Origin: Cirrosporium novae-zelandiae
Taxonomy: Eukaryota
Length of the DNA: 64,000 nucleotides
NCBI GenBank assembly: GCA_026023565.1
Contig: JAPETS010000014.1
Location: forward strand, 124,001 to 188,000
Direction: 5' to 3'
This document shows positions 24,596 to 38,024 of the stretch, piece by piece. The position numbers and the translations under genes are program-made. Position 1 is the stretch's first letter; each line of letters starts with the position of its first letter. The notes under the pieces were generated by a model. The model searched no databases, was not told the DNA's origin, and worked only from the letters and a program-made list of their open reading frames with translations.

Positions 24596-27500
24596 ATGCA
24601 ATCCGAGTCCTCCAGCGAATTCAACACAGTGATTTTTCCAAACCAACACCATAATAACCAAACCGCTAACTCGAAGCATGGAATCAATGACAACCACCTT
24701 CCACTCTCATGCTCCCCTTTGCCTGAAGGGGAGCGTGGGAGGCTCAAAGGGCCGTCGGCCGATCCAGGCATACCTTCACCTCCGCAAAACGCAAACGATT
24801 GCGACGGTGAGGTTGCCGGACCTCAATATTGGATGAACAATGGGATGCCATCATTAACCACGCCATCTCATGCTAACCATCCATCGGAACTTGAACAAGA
24901 ATCTATCTCACCCACGAGCGCTAGTGGAAGCCCTTCCTTTAGAGTGACTCGCATGCGGAATGGCTCCACGCGCGACTGGCCACCTATTGTGCATGTTCCA
25001 AATGGTAATACACAGAGCTTAACTTCTATTTGATAATGTTGCTAATACTCGTTCAGAGATCTTAACTCACGTTTTGTCCCATCTTTCGCCTTCATCCTTA
25101 TCTGTTGTATCCCTTGTATCGAAAAGGTTTCACAGTCTAGTAACGACCCCTCATGCCTGGCGCATGGCCTTTGCCCGATTTTTTCCCGGACCAGACGCTA
25201 TATCTCCAGCCTTTCTAAGTGATCGAGGACACCATGAAAAGACAGGACAAGATCGCGAAAACTTGCGATCGGAAAAGCGCATGTTTACGCGGTTGACTGC
25301 CCTTGCGTCCTGGAGAAGCGAATATATTTTGCGAACACGGTTGATAAGGTCTCTTGCAAGAGGAAGACCTTCACAAATTGATGGTCTTGGTTCTACGTCT
25401 CGTTCGAACACTTCTAGTCCCATATTCACCTACAGTTCCAATCTATTTTTTCCAATCAATCATGTCCACGCGGATTATGGAAGCGGACTCAACAAACGAC
25501 TGCCCCGCTTTATTCATGGAGCAGATGAAACTGGGACCGCTTGTCTCAGTGATCCAAACAGTGAAAAGGTTGATAACTGGGGCAATGGAGATCCTCAGAC
25601 TTTCTTTCAGTTTGTCGACCGTTCGCCCGGGGATACTCAATATGGCCTTGGATCTGGCGATGTTATAGGGGCTCCAAATGTGATGGATGTGAGTCAACCA
25701 TATGGCATGATCTATGGCGAAGGCTTCCCAGGTGGGATGGCATATTTTAGATCAACAGAGGAACAACGGGGCCGCTTTCTTACCAACCATACTGGAGAGG
25801 CTGCTCTCGAGGTTGGCCTGCCCCGAATCCCCTTAACAACAGAAACTATCACCTCTGTTTATATTTCAAAGTCTTCTAGCTTGCCAAAGGTATCAGAGGG
25901 TCTCATTGGTCTACTTTCGGGCTCTTCTCTAGGCATTATCACTGCTTATTCATTGGGAGCTCATGGCCTGGGCGATAAAAGAATGACTCCCGGAGAACTA
26001 ACTGCGTGCTGGATTCTAAGTCCTGGAGTACCTATTGTCGCCATTGCCGTAGATGATGAGTACAGCTTCAAACGCAAAGCAGAGCATAGAGTTTGGGCTT
26101 GTGTATTAAATGCACTTGGGGAGGTTTTCTACCTAACTGACCTACCCTCTCGCCCACGTTCTAATCAGCGTGGAAAGTTCAACGAACAACAAATTGAAGA
26201 ACTTGCTTGGGAGACTGGTCGCAGCGTATATTGGAACATCGTGGAACTCAGTAGGCGAATTGCTCGTCCTGATCCATTTGATGGATCAATTGATGGGAGC
26301 TACTCACCTCGCTCCTCTTCAAATGCTATGGGCCTTAGCAAAGATCAGATTGTTGCTGAGACTAGAGAAATCGAAACCTTCTTAAAACATAAACCAAAGC
26401 GTTTCCACAAATTTTGCAGAGGTTGGAATATGCGAAGAAGGCTTGAGGTCGATTTCGCTGGGACAGATGGCAAAGGAGCTGGAGAGAACGTACTAGTTAT
26501 CGATTGCGGTCTAGATGAAGGCGAGGCTGCTGCGATTCGGCGATATACCAGATGCAAAACAAGCAACACCAACATACGACCAATCCAGGTGGAAGGTGTT
26601 GACACACCGCCGACTATCCCTATCGACACTCCGGCCCCATCGCTTTTTGGCAGTTTGGCTCTACAAAGTCAGTCATCTCCAGCCTCTCCAGCAAGTCTAT
26701 CACGTTCACGGACATCGAGTGAACATTCCGAGAACAGGGCTTTGCTTGATATGCCAGAAGAATGGCGGATTTCGGAGTTTGGTCTTGGAAACCTCAGAAG
26801 CTCCCAGATCACCACAACTTCGCTAGACATGTCCACATACGCTCTTTTGACTACTTTTGAGGATCCGCTTCTTGGAATGTCCAGTTCATCTTCAGCTTCA
26901 AGTCCTCTGGAGTCGCCTCTTAGGCACATGCCACAACTAGCAACTATTTCTGGAATCCCAGGACATCGGGGTCGATTTTTTGCCGCAGGTACTAATACGG
27001 GATCAATTATTTTATGGGATGTGCGAGCACCATTCCCTAAAACGACTGGATTTATCAACGAGGTTAACCCTGTGCGCGTCATTTATACTGACTCTCCTGA
27101 GATATCAAGTCTTGCTCTCACCTCATTATACCTTGTTCATGGAGGTAATGATGGTCTTGTCCAAGCATGGGAACCCCTTGCTTCAGATGAACAACCCATT
27201 CGTACTATTCATTCTCGATTTTCTGTCCGCGCCCGTCGGAGATTAGTTCAGGCTCAAGCATCCGCTCAAGGGATAGGTCTCAATCTCTTTGCTGCAGGTG
27301 CTATCAGTCTAGACCCTGATCCAACTGTTCTTCGTGGCATCGTATCTCTCGGGACACATCTTCGCTATTGGAGTTTCAGCTCTCTTACAGCCGAACAATA
27401 CAAGGGCTCTAAGCGCCGCCTTCGTCGTTCTACTCGTGGAAGTAACTCCCATGGCGGAGACCGGTTCAGTCACACCGGTCGTGGAGCTCTAGAAGATTAT

Positions 27501-28241
27501 ATCGAAACCGAGAAGATTGAGTTGGAACAAGAGAAGGCCGCTCATCGTAAGGAACAGCAACGGCTAGCCGGTCGTTTCGGCATTGATCTTCTAGGACCTA
27601 ATGCTAGCGAGGAAGATATGCTAGCATACGCAGTCATGCTGAGCAAGGAAGCGCATGCAAGTAATGAACAGCAAAAGCGGGAGATCGAAAAGACTGCTAC
27701 TTCATCACCTACTCTATCTACTTCTGACGTGCCTACATTGATACCAGACACTCTCAGTAGCGCAATGGTGACTCTCACCGAGCCTACAGCTAGTAGTCCA
27801 ACTATTGCCGAAGATGACCCCTCCCAATATGATGCCGACCTCGCCGAGGCCATCCGTTTAAGTCTGCAAAACCAATTGCCTCCGGCTCCGTCTCCGCCGC
27901 CTGAATACTCATACTCACACCCTAGTTCGACTGCTCATTTCAGTGCCTCTACGTCAAACATCCCGATTCGCTACGCGAAGAGCAAGAATCGACGACGATC
28001 AATTTCGCTCTCGGGCTCACCTGGTCAATCAGCGACACAAGATGAACCAGGTCCGAGTAGCGCATGGGATGAACAAGATGAGCTGGAGTTTGCGTTACAG
28101 TTGAGCAGGGCAGAGGAAGAGTCTCGGAAGGCTTTGGAAGTGGAGATGGGGATGGAGATTGAACAGGCAGAAAGGGACGAGTTTCCGGCTTTGGATAGCG
28201 GCAAGGGGAAAGGCAAGGGCAAGGGTAGAGCGTGGTCGTGA
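24596..28241 (+). CDS. F-box/WD40 protein with C-terminal UIMs (Pof10-like); 2 exons
   Basis: F-box split by an intron near 25004-25058 (PIVHVPN|EILTHVLSHL...VSLVSKRF). Also RLTALASWRSEY, WD repeats (GSIILWD, GGNDGLVQAW) and UIM-like EEDMLAYAVMLS, DLAEAIRLSL, ELEFALQLS. Confidence 0.88.
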
Positions 28242-29696
28242 TGTGATTTAATTTTTTGGGGGCTGCAGCTATGGCCGTAGCACAAGATAAAGAGAAGGTC
28301 GCTTCCTTTGGTTGTGGTGATAGATAACCTCCAATTCTTTGTTTTTTATAGCTTTTGATGCGGACGCACTTCATGGATGGTGAACAGAAATAGACAGGCA
28401 GGCAGATAGACAGATGGAGATGTTCAGTTTCCTTTTATTTTTATTTTATTTTCTTCGAGGGTGACATAATTACATGGAGCAAACCAACACTTCCATAGTC
28501 ACACAAACGCGATTTTCTTCTGCTCTCAATTGAGGAGAGCTATTATTGTTCTACATATATCCAGGTCCTACATACAAAGCTCTCATTCATTCATAACTAA
28601 GTCCTGCCTAGATAGATAGATGTTTGGATACTGGAATATTGGCTGTAGACATGATATATTTTATATTTGTATTTTTTTGTTGCTAAAGCACGTACGTCGA
28701 TAGATGGATGGATATGGGAGCGAAGAAAAAAATAAGAAAGAAAGTTGAATCCCAATAATAATGACACGAACGATTCGGGGGGGAAAAATGATAGTGATAG
28801 TGATAGACCCCATGTCATGAGGGTGTCGTACTGAGTACTTAAGTAACTATCTTATACTTTCGAAAGTATATAATTATATAAAACTGAAACTGAAAACTGA
28901 AAACTGACAGCTCATGTAAATAAATATGTCCTCCTAAGTCCGTCCTAAAAAATAAAAATAAGGGTGACCTTGAAACCCTCAACCCTCAACCCCAATCTCA
29001 GCCTCAACGATGTCTATTTGAATATTGAATAATGCCACCCCACCATATAGATAGCCTAATTATACCAACAATAAATATTTCAAAGAGTTTCTTATTTCCC
29101 TTCCTTTTGATTTATTTTAAAAAAAAAATCTTGAGCATGGGGGCATGGCATGGCATTCCTTAACATCGCCATGCCTTTACTCAACCTCAACCTCAACCTC
29201 AACCATAAGTAAAACTCTAGAGGTTTAGCTGAACTGAACTAATCACGCATAAAGCACGTACGTTTGATTTGATTTGATTTGATTTAGTCAACAAAAAAAC
29301 GCAACGTATCTAAACTAAGTAAAAACACGACGCACGAGAGGATATCTTTCTAACTTTGCTTAGTTCTCGAAAAAAAAAAATTTCTCGCACAACCTACTTA
29401 CTACACACGCGCGCACACACACGCCTCTCTCTCATCTTACTTCTCATAGACCAGACCAGCTAGCATTATGTGTTACGTGTCTCCCTCCAGCTGTCTAGGA
29501 AAATACCCACAGTAAAAGAGAAGATCGAAAAAAAATCTGAAGACAACTTGTTCTTTATCATCAGACCGACCAACCAACCAGACTTGGATAGTCATTCTGT
29601 ATACTATACTCATGAAAGATAAAAAAAACATGGAGGCTCAAGAAATAGCATTATGAGCTGTAATAACCACCCCACGGTATCTACGCTTGTCTAAAT

Positions 29697-31392
29697 TCAC
29701 CAGACCAATGCTGCAGCAATAGCAGCGAGTCCGAGAACAGGTGCAACTCCGACCTGGAAAATTCCTGCTGCAGCTCCACTTGTAGATGTTGATGAGGAAG
29801 ATGAGCCAGAGGACGAGGAGGACGAAGACGAGCTGGATGATGTTGAGGTGCCTCCAGATGTGTTTTCACCGGGCAAGTTACTTTCTCCACTGCTGAGTTT
29901 GTTGAGTTTAAGGCCAGTCAGTTCTGTGCCGTTCGCATAGGAGACGGTGTATGACATGGAAGTGTCGCTGACGCTAACGATGCTGCCACCCTTGGCAGTA
30001 ACACCATTGTTGATAAGCGATTGACCGCCAGATGGGATGGATGGGATAGTCCAGTTGCCGTAGAATGAAGAATCCGTGATCAAGCTCGACTTGCAAGTTG
30101 GTGCAGTCAGGGAAGTAGCAGTAGAGTTGGTATCTTCCAAGGAATCCGTGTCAAGTTTAAGATATTGGTTGTACAAATTCACAAAGTCAGTGAGTAAGGT
30201 GATAGTGCCATTGTCATTGATTTCGACGAGACCATAGTCGTTAGATTCTTCGCTGTATTCATAGACAAGGCCACCACTGAAAACGCCGGTCATTTTGTCG
30301 GAGTAGAGAGCTTGCACTTCATCGAACACGCGAGGGGTGACTTCGTTGCAGCCGTACTCAGAGAAGAAAACGGGAACTGTGGTATTCGCAAACATAGCAA
30401 CCAGTTCATCATAACCAGAGGTTGAATAAGTAGCATCGCCACCACACCAGCTGTAAGAATTTAAACCGAAAAAGTCGATACGCGACATATCATCATCATC
30501 ACCATCAATTGCACATTGAAGGTATTCCCAAGTGTCTGCTAGCACGTCACGTACATCGGCGGCAGAATATCCGACCGGGATGCTTCTGTCAGCTTGCTTG
30601 GCAATGTAGTTTTTCAAGTCTCTTGTGACAGCCTAGAAGTAATCAATTAGCAAATTGGTATGGACTGGTCATCGGTATACGCACTCGCATATATGGGGGG
30701 ACAACTCCTGCGCTGGTCTCATCGTTGATAACTTCATTTCCTGAGAAGAAACCAAGAGTATTTGGGTAAGACTTGAATGCCTCAACGACCTGGAAAATTC
30801 TCTTCAGGTAAGATGAAGTGTAGGTACTGCTAGGATCATCCCGATTGATACTCTCGCCATCGAGGGGGGAGTTCACGTCCAAAAGCATGTAGATACCAGC
30901 AGCATTGAAGATACTGGCGCATTCATCATGGCTAATAGTTCCGTCAAGATTGTAAACTCGGAGTGTGTTCACCTATACTATATTTAGTTATGGGTCTCTA
31001 TAGAACATTCAAAAATCGTACACCAAGCTTTTGCATGATTATAGCATCTCGCAAGCACGCTGTGCCATTGCTGAGAGGGTCTTTGCTGGCGCTATATCCA
31101 GATGAGCCACCAGGCTGGTAACTATAATTCATATCAACAATATGGTCATAAATGGGTTGTTATTCGAGTCAGACGTACTCAATACCAATGATTTGAAAGC
31201 GCTCGTTAGTCTCACTGTCGACAAAATCGGATCCAGAAACTTCAATGGTATTGACGGCAGAAGCAATGCCGATGAATGGGATGAGCGCACATAGCGCAGA
31301 TAGAGGTGTCGAGAGCTGTATCGCATATATTAGTATCAGCAACGCATATCATATATCAATTCTTATTGATATAGAGGCGATAGATGTACCAT
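29697..31392 (-). CDS. GH72 1,3-beta-glucanosyltransferase (Gas/Gel/Phr family, no CBM43), GPI-anchored; 5 exons
   Basis: NTLRVY, FFSGNEVIND and PVFFSEYGCN (catalytic Glu residues), FSGGLVYEY, Ser-rich tail with hydrophobic C-terminus. The first exon is ATG only (31392-31390), followed by the signal peptide LSTPLSALCALIPFIGIASA. Confidence 0.95.
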
Positions 31393-31832
31393 TATATCCA
31401 ACCAGTCTTTTCGTCGCGCGATAAGTTGTGATTGTGATAGAAGCAGATTGCGCTTAGGAGAAGTAGCTCTCCCAAACTGAAAAAAGCGAATGAATAGGAA
31501 AGTAGTTTGAGTATGAGGGTTCAAAGATTGGACGTCTTGATAAGACAGGTGGTGTACCTTCCTTGGAGGTTGAGCAATTATTAGAGGGGAATGGTTGAAA
31601 GTGAGGTAGGAACGATAATGAGGAGAAATGGGAAAGTTGAAAAAAGGGTAACTACTAGGTAATTAACTAAGAGGATGTTGATTAGGAGAAATAGTTAGCT
31701 AGTAGGGGAACTGATTTGTCGTTTGCCGCTATCACTATTTAGTCTACTGCTATATTCTAATGACGAGCGATTACCAGCACTGGATAAATCCAAGGAGATC
31801 TAAGGACCATCAAAAAACAATTGCAGGGGCTA

Positions 31833-31899
31833 CCAAGACCATATCAAGATTATTCCAAGAATTCCAAGAATTCCAAGGTATTCCAAGACCCTACCAAGG
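31833..31899 (+). repeat. Degenerate 9-11 bp tandem array with a CCAAG core
   Basis: taccaaga...ttccaagaa ttccaagaa ttccaagg tattccaaga ccctaccaagg. Confidence 0.8.
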
Positions 31900-33384
31900 C
31901 CAACACAGAAATGAGGCAACCTTTAATAGAAAAGGATTCGTAATCCTCAAGTTGGCCTGCATTTGTAGATGCTACTGCTGTTGTTCTTGTTGTTGTCATT
32001 TTGTCATTTTATTATTGTGAATTGATGGGTGTTTGATGAAACCAAACCTATCACCCAAGACTTGAAGTGAAACAATCTAACGTTTTCCCATGTTCCACAT
32101 GTTCCACATGTTCCATCTGTTCACGTGCTGTTCCAGGTAATTAATGGCCAAGAACACCAAGCTTTTTCACATCCATCACACTAACGTCTTAGCCGCATAT
32201 TTTCTATGTTTGGAAATATAATTCACTACCAAGGTACCTTTTGTAACTTGGTAACTTGGGCCGAAATCTACTTTGCTTCCCCTGAGAATATTTTTTATGC
32301 CTCCCCAAACTCCAAGCGCTCTGTCTATCCGTCTAGAACGTCTTTTAAGAAGCGAAGCCATTGCCACAAATGCCGAAAGGATGCTGACCCAATACCTCCG
32401 CTTCAATATCCCTCAATTCCTTGTTCTCTGTTCTTATCCGTTTATGGGATGCCTATACCCGTCAGGCACCGGCTAATTGATCCCAAAGATCAAACGTACC
32501 GAGCTCTCATTGTACTGTACATGTGCTGTACAGTACAATGGCTGCTGGATTGAGTGTTTCATGGTATCATTTTTAGTATCTATCAACCATATGGCAAGCC
32601 GATCACCTTCTGTCTTTGTTGCCTTTATTGTGGCGGGCGAGATGTTATTTCCCCACGACATCGCTTTGATAAGCATTGCTTAATGGCCCGTCCTTAATCG
32701 ATGAGGGGTTCTCCGAATTGTGGTAAAGAGCCCGATATCCACTCATTTCAGGGTAGGATTAGCGTACCTACAGCCGATGCAAGCAATGATTTCATTCGAA
32801 GCGAGTCTCCCCGTAAGGATTTTCTATCAGCCGTTGATTATATTCCACAGAGCACCTTGGTATTAAGTTTATCCATATTCTGTGAGGATTGGCTGTACTT
32901 TCGGACAAAGGTCGCATTGTCTACGCCACATCAGCGAAGGGACAAAAATCGACTTGACCTAGATATATAAGACGCGGGTAATCCCCTATTATTGCATTCC
33001 AACTTGCTTTCCGTGTTAATTAAGGTCATGTAATGTCAGGCCACGAGACTCATCTCTGACTTCTGGTCGTGACGCATGTCAGCTGGTAATCAGCGGCTAA
33101 ACAGATGTGTGCTTGATCCAGTTTCGACACCGTATTGCACCATCATATATGGTGGAGTAACCATGCCTGTTTTGCCATCACTAATAGTAATCCTCCTTTA
33201 GAAAGTCCTCATCCTTCTTTACTTGTTTCGTTTCCTCCATCTTTCAGCCTGCATAAGATTGTAACTCTCACTGGGCTCTACACTTCGGACTTAGTTCACT
33301 AAGCACATTACCTTCCCCCTAGCCTTGCTAATTGAGCTGTCTCTGTTGACGACCGATATCTTAACTTGCGAAGCTTAATTTAAG

Positions 33385-35090
33385 ATGGCGAACATGTCGA
33401 CATTTCAAACGCTTAAGGGCATACCTGAGTCCGCCGTCATCAACATCGGGGAATCGATCCTGCCCCATTTGAAGCACGTAGACCCTAACTCCTTTTTGAG
33501 TATCCCGTTCTGGGCTACACTCCTTGCTGTGCACCTTGCCTACCGATACTTCGGATACGATAGGTTCAAGAATGTCAACCGACTCAGAAAGAAATATGGC
33601 TATACCGACCATCCGGCAAGCTTCAAAGACATGTCAATTCAAGTAGCCTCCGAAATCCAGCACAATGTTGCCGGAAATGACTTCCCATACCTTTATGAGT
33701 TTGGCTGGGTCGTCGAATTCTTAAAGGCGAGTGGTCTCTTCTTCCCGTTCTTATTCCTAGCTCAACGTCATGCTGTAAGGCGTTCGGGGTTGTGTCACCC
33801 CCGAGCTCTAACTCTATGGTGGCGAGAAGTTCGTCCTTGAGTTTACAACTGTTAAAACTCTATAAAACAGATTATGATGGTTCTGCTAATATCCGATGTA
33901 ACACAGACATGTACCGACCCTACTCTAGCCAAGGTGATTTGTGAATCCGGGCATTTCTGTAATATTGATCCTCATGTCTCGCACAAACGTCAACAGGACA
34001 CTGTATGTCTGATGACAGCCATCATGGCCTTGCCAATTAAGTCGTGGAACTGTTCTCTTGCTTGTGCTCGCATTAATGAACACCATACTAAGTAAGGACC
34101 ACAAATTACCAACCGAAATCCGACTGACAGTTTCTTTTCAGATACAAGAGCGTTATTAATAGTGACACTATGCTTTGGCTGTCGTGGATGTGGACTGAGT
34201 AAGTAATATGGTGGCTGGCTAAGAAGCTATAGCTGATTAAATATAGTGGCCCCATACGTTGGATCAACAATCATGGCTGGCGAAAACTGGAGCCCTTCGA
34301 GGAGCATGCCATCTGGATCGTTTGGCGGGAACTCTCACTTCGTCTTGGATGTAAATGGGTGCCGCATACCTGGGGAGAGCTCGTAGAATTCAAAGATGTA
34401 AGTCGCTCTAACCTACAGGTATCGATCTCTTCACTGACCGCGCACTAGAAATATACCAAAAAGATGGTACGCCCAAGTGAGTGGAATGAAAAAATGTCGG
34501 ATGCTATTCTTGATGCTATTATCTTTACCGTTCCTGGAATGTTTAAGCCATTTGCACGCAAATGCATCATTTCGATTCTCGATGCAGACGTTGTCTGGGC
34601 AAACCAATACACCCAAGAATATTCCCCCGGTTTTCGTGGGTTCTGCTTTGCAGTCCTTCACATTTTGACTATTTTTGAACGATACTTTGGAGTTCCTGAA
34701 CATCGTATTCTGTCCCCAGAATATCCAAACAAAAACGGTCTATACAACTTCCCTGACTATACCTACCCAAGCACTCCTTATTATGTTGCTCCCACGTTGT
34801 GGAACCGCTGGGGTCCGATAGCCCTCCTTGATCGTCTTCGTGGACTGCCCGTGCCAAGTGCGGAGTGGGGCGGTGACGGTATTCGGTGGGAGAAGATTGG
34901 GGCCGTTCTCAGGGACCCCACATTACAGAAGAAATCAGAGAAAAAGGTCATCCACAATGCTGAAGTCTTGATGAGGGCAGATTGGGGTTTTCGTGCTGAT
35001 GTCCCATTCCAAAACGGAAAGCCACTTGTTGTTGACCAAAAGTACGGTGAAGGATATGGTTCTCGAGAGTTCGCATATGACTTTTCTTAA
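33385..35090 (+). CDS. ER-bound oxygenase MpaB/DUF2236-like protein; 5 exons
   Basis: N-terminal TM segment followed by KKYGY...MSIQVASEIQ...FP, KRQQDT, ARINEHH, INSDTML and PIRWINNHGWRKLEPFEEHAIWIVWRE..RLG. The pattern resembles MpaB-type proteins as I recall them. Confidence 0.75.
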
Positions 35091-38024
35091 CTGTCGCCTT
35101 TGTCATGTGGGGGACCGAGGTTCGAGGAGAGAAGAACCTGGGGAAGCATCCGTGCACCGGTTCAGGGAGCACGAAGGTTTGCTCTGAAAGTTCAACTTGT
35201 GTCTTTGGTTCTGTTCAGAGATGAGTTTTGACGGTCAGTAAATCTTGGTGGCTATTCTTTTTACAATGGTGAAACTGAAAGCGTATCCTGGAGTCCAAGG
35301 AGGGGGCTGTATTTTTCGAAGTGTCTGAGATTAGTAAATGGATTTCTTTAATAAACTGTATCAGTAGCCTTTGAATCTCTCGAGCATTAAATGGATTGTG
35401 CTCTCGCCATTCACTTTTGTCGTGACTGACAGTATATCTTAGAATCAGTTGGGGGACGATGGTACAGTAGCCAACAATGAAATAATGAAAGGAGTAGTCT
35501 TTCGGTGGAATCTTGATGATTCCTCTTTACCAATAGATCCTTTATACATAGATCCTTGCGGAGGTGCAGGAGTTTGAGGAAGAGTTCACGAAAGCGAGAG
35601 TGTTTGTCAGTCTAATTGACCCTGGAATCTCGGAATCTCTCCAAAGTTGGGGCACGGATCACCGCTTTGTCGGCTCGCAAAACAAAATGCAAAGTAACGC
35701 ATAGTAAATAACTAATAAAGTAAGTAAACAGTAAACCTTGGAAAGTTGGGATAGTTGCTTGCTAGGTATTATTCTCGCAAGAACTGCAGTCAGACCCAAC
35801 GTTTAGCGTGGATAGGAATGCATCAACCTAGAGGGTATAAAAGTACGACAGCGCAAGTAACTTGTTATTTTGCATCCGCTTGGCATTCGGATCCAAGATG
35901 CCGTTCCGCTCCCTCCCCCCCCAAAAAGATTGATGCTACATCATGCTACACCGGAGAATAGCTCTGATACTGTGGGATCTAAGAGTCTTCTGAACAGCAG
36001 ATTTTTACGAACCATGGCTAAGGAAGGCTGAGGAGAGCTTAGAGATTGGAATAGGTTATCTGTGGAATACGGGCTGAAGGTAGGCTATGCCGGAGAATGT
36101 GTTGACTGGCTTCCACAATAGGTAGTGCCTTTATCCGCCTTGGGCGATAATTGGGGGTATGAAAGGGAAATGTTTATATTCGGTTGATCTAAGTGATGTA
36201 GAATAATGGGTCCTTTTTTTGTTGCGCTGTATTTGTGGGTTCAAGGTCATCAGGCCATACTCGCTCATCTGTGCTCTCTAATAGACACCTTATCACCTGA
36301 GAAAGTAGACATGTTATCGATGACCATGGCATCTACCAACCACAGCCCACCATCTATGCACAAACTTCAACAAATTACGAACATCATCACGATATTAAGA
36401 GAGAGAAAAAATGCCAAAGCGCGCTATTGTTGGCGTTCTACCGACTCGAATCTTCCTATTGAATTTTTTCTTTTGAGCCTTTTCCTTTTGGGGTCCATTC
36501 GTAGCCTATCATCTCATCATTTCAATTAATGGGGATTTTTTTTTAGATCTATTGTTGCAGATAATTATTAGATGCCGGCGGTGAATTTCATATCCACTCC
36601 ATCTATGCATGGCCATTGGTAACAGGTATTGTTAAAGCCCTCTTGGCCGAAGCAATTGAATGTAAAGAGGGGTAGATTACAAGGCGGCAACCAAAAAAAA
36701 TTGCCTTCGTCCGGACCTAAGTTTTGTAGATATCCGGACGTACGGGGGAGACGAGAGGTGGACACGGTGGAAGACAGGACAATTGAGACAACTCGCGTGG
36801 GAGAAGGAGTGTAATGGTGGTTATCAAGATGGATCTTCTACAGATGTTCTGCGACCGTTCCAATGAGATTCTGGATGGGAAAGTTTTAACCCCGCAAAAT
36901 CTAATCAGCCAGGCTGGGTCTTGGACAAATGGATGATGAATACTGAGGACATGTTGAGAAGAGTTTGCTACTAATTAGCCCAAGAGCATTTTTCCCCAGA
37001 GCCGTGCCACGGCTGCTCATTATTTGGAGGGCATAATAGACTGGCATCAGGTACAGATTTGCTTTTGACAAGTGCTGAGTTTACTATGATCAATTGGATG
37101 CCATTTGGTTTTATAACTTATAAGGTTTTGGGGATATCTTTCTGTAATTAACCAATTTCATGTAATTTACCGTAATTTACCGTAATTGGCCGTATTGGTG
37201 TGTCATGACCAGTAATTCCCGCCCTTTCCCCTCCCGCCTGCAAAGTTTAATCTCGTATCGCTGGAGTTCGCCGGCGTCCCATTTGAAAGTTACAACAAGC
37301 CTCAATGGCCGTCAAACCCAGGGACTTATCGGTTTTGATCCAGAATCTTTCGCTGCCATAGGTTTTTAATTTCATGTATTTACTGTATCAACCATGATTT
37401 CATCAATTGCCCAATTGCCCCTCATTCCGGTCAATCAACATAGTAGTCAAAACATCCCAAGAAGCCTAGACGTCCTTTCTTCCGGTGTGATGCGAATCCT
37501 GAATCTACGATCCACAGCCCTTGAGTTGGTTGGTTGGAATTCCCAGTGGATTCGACGGTTTGTCCTGTAACCAGAGGAGATCAGTGGGAACCAGGAGGGA
37601 AGGATTACAACTTTCCAAAGACTCTAGACGCTCAACGAAGTCTCCTGTTATCCTTGTATGGCCCGGCTTACCTGCCTGGTCGACGCCGCATTCCCACTTA
37701 TGCGCAAGTCGATGAGAATGACGGTTGCAGCCATAGTGGCATAGTGGGGTCGCAAATCGCTCGATTGGGAGGATCCTGAGAGGGTCCATGGAGGGGTAAT
37801 TTTGGGTACACAGTAATGTGTAGACTGGTGTAGATTGCTGTCCCAAAGGTCTCCAAAAAGTCACTCCATCACTCACCTTCTTCCAAAGGTCCCATTGTCT
37901 ATAAGAACTTGACCTTCTCCCCCTCTATTCTTTCCTTCCTCATCCATCACGATCTCTCCAATTCCTCCACATTCATCTTACCCAACCAGCTTCAACAGTC
38001 CAACATCCCAATCAATCCTTCAAA

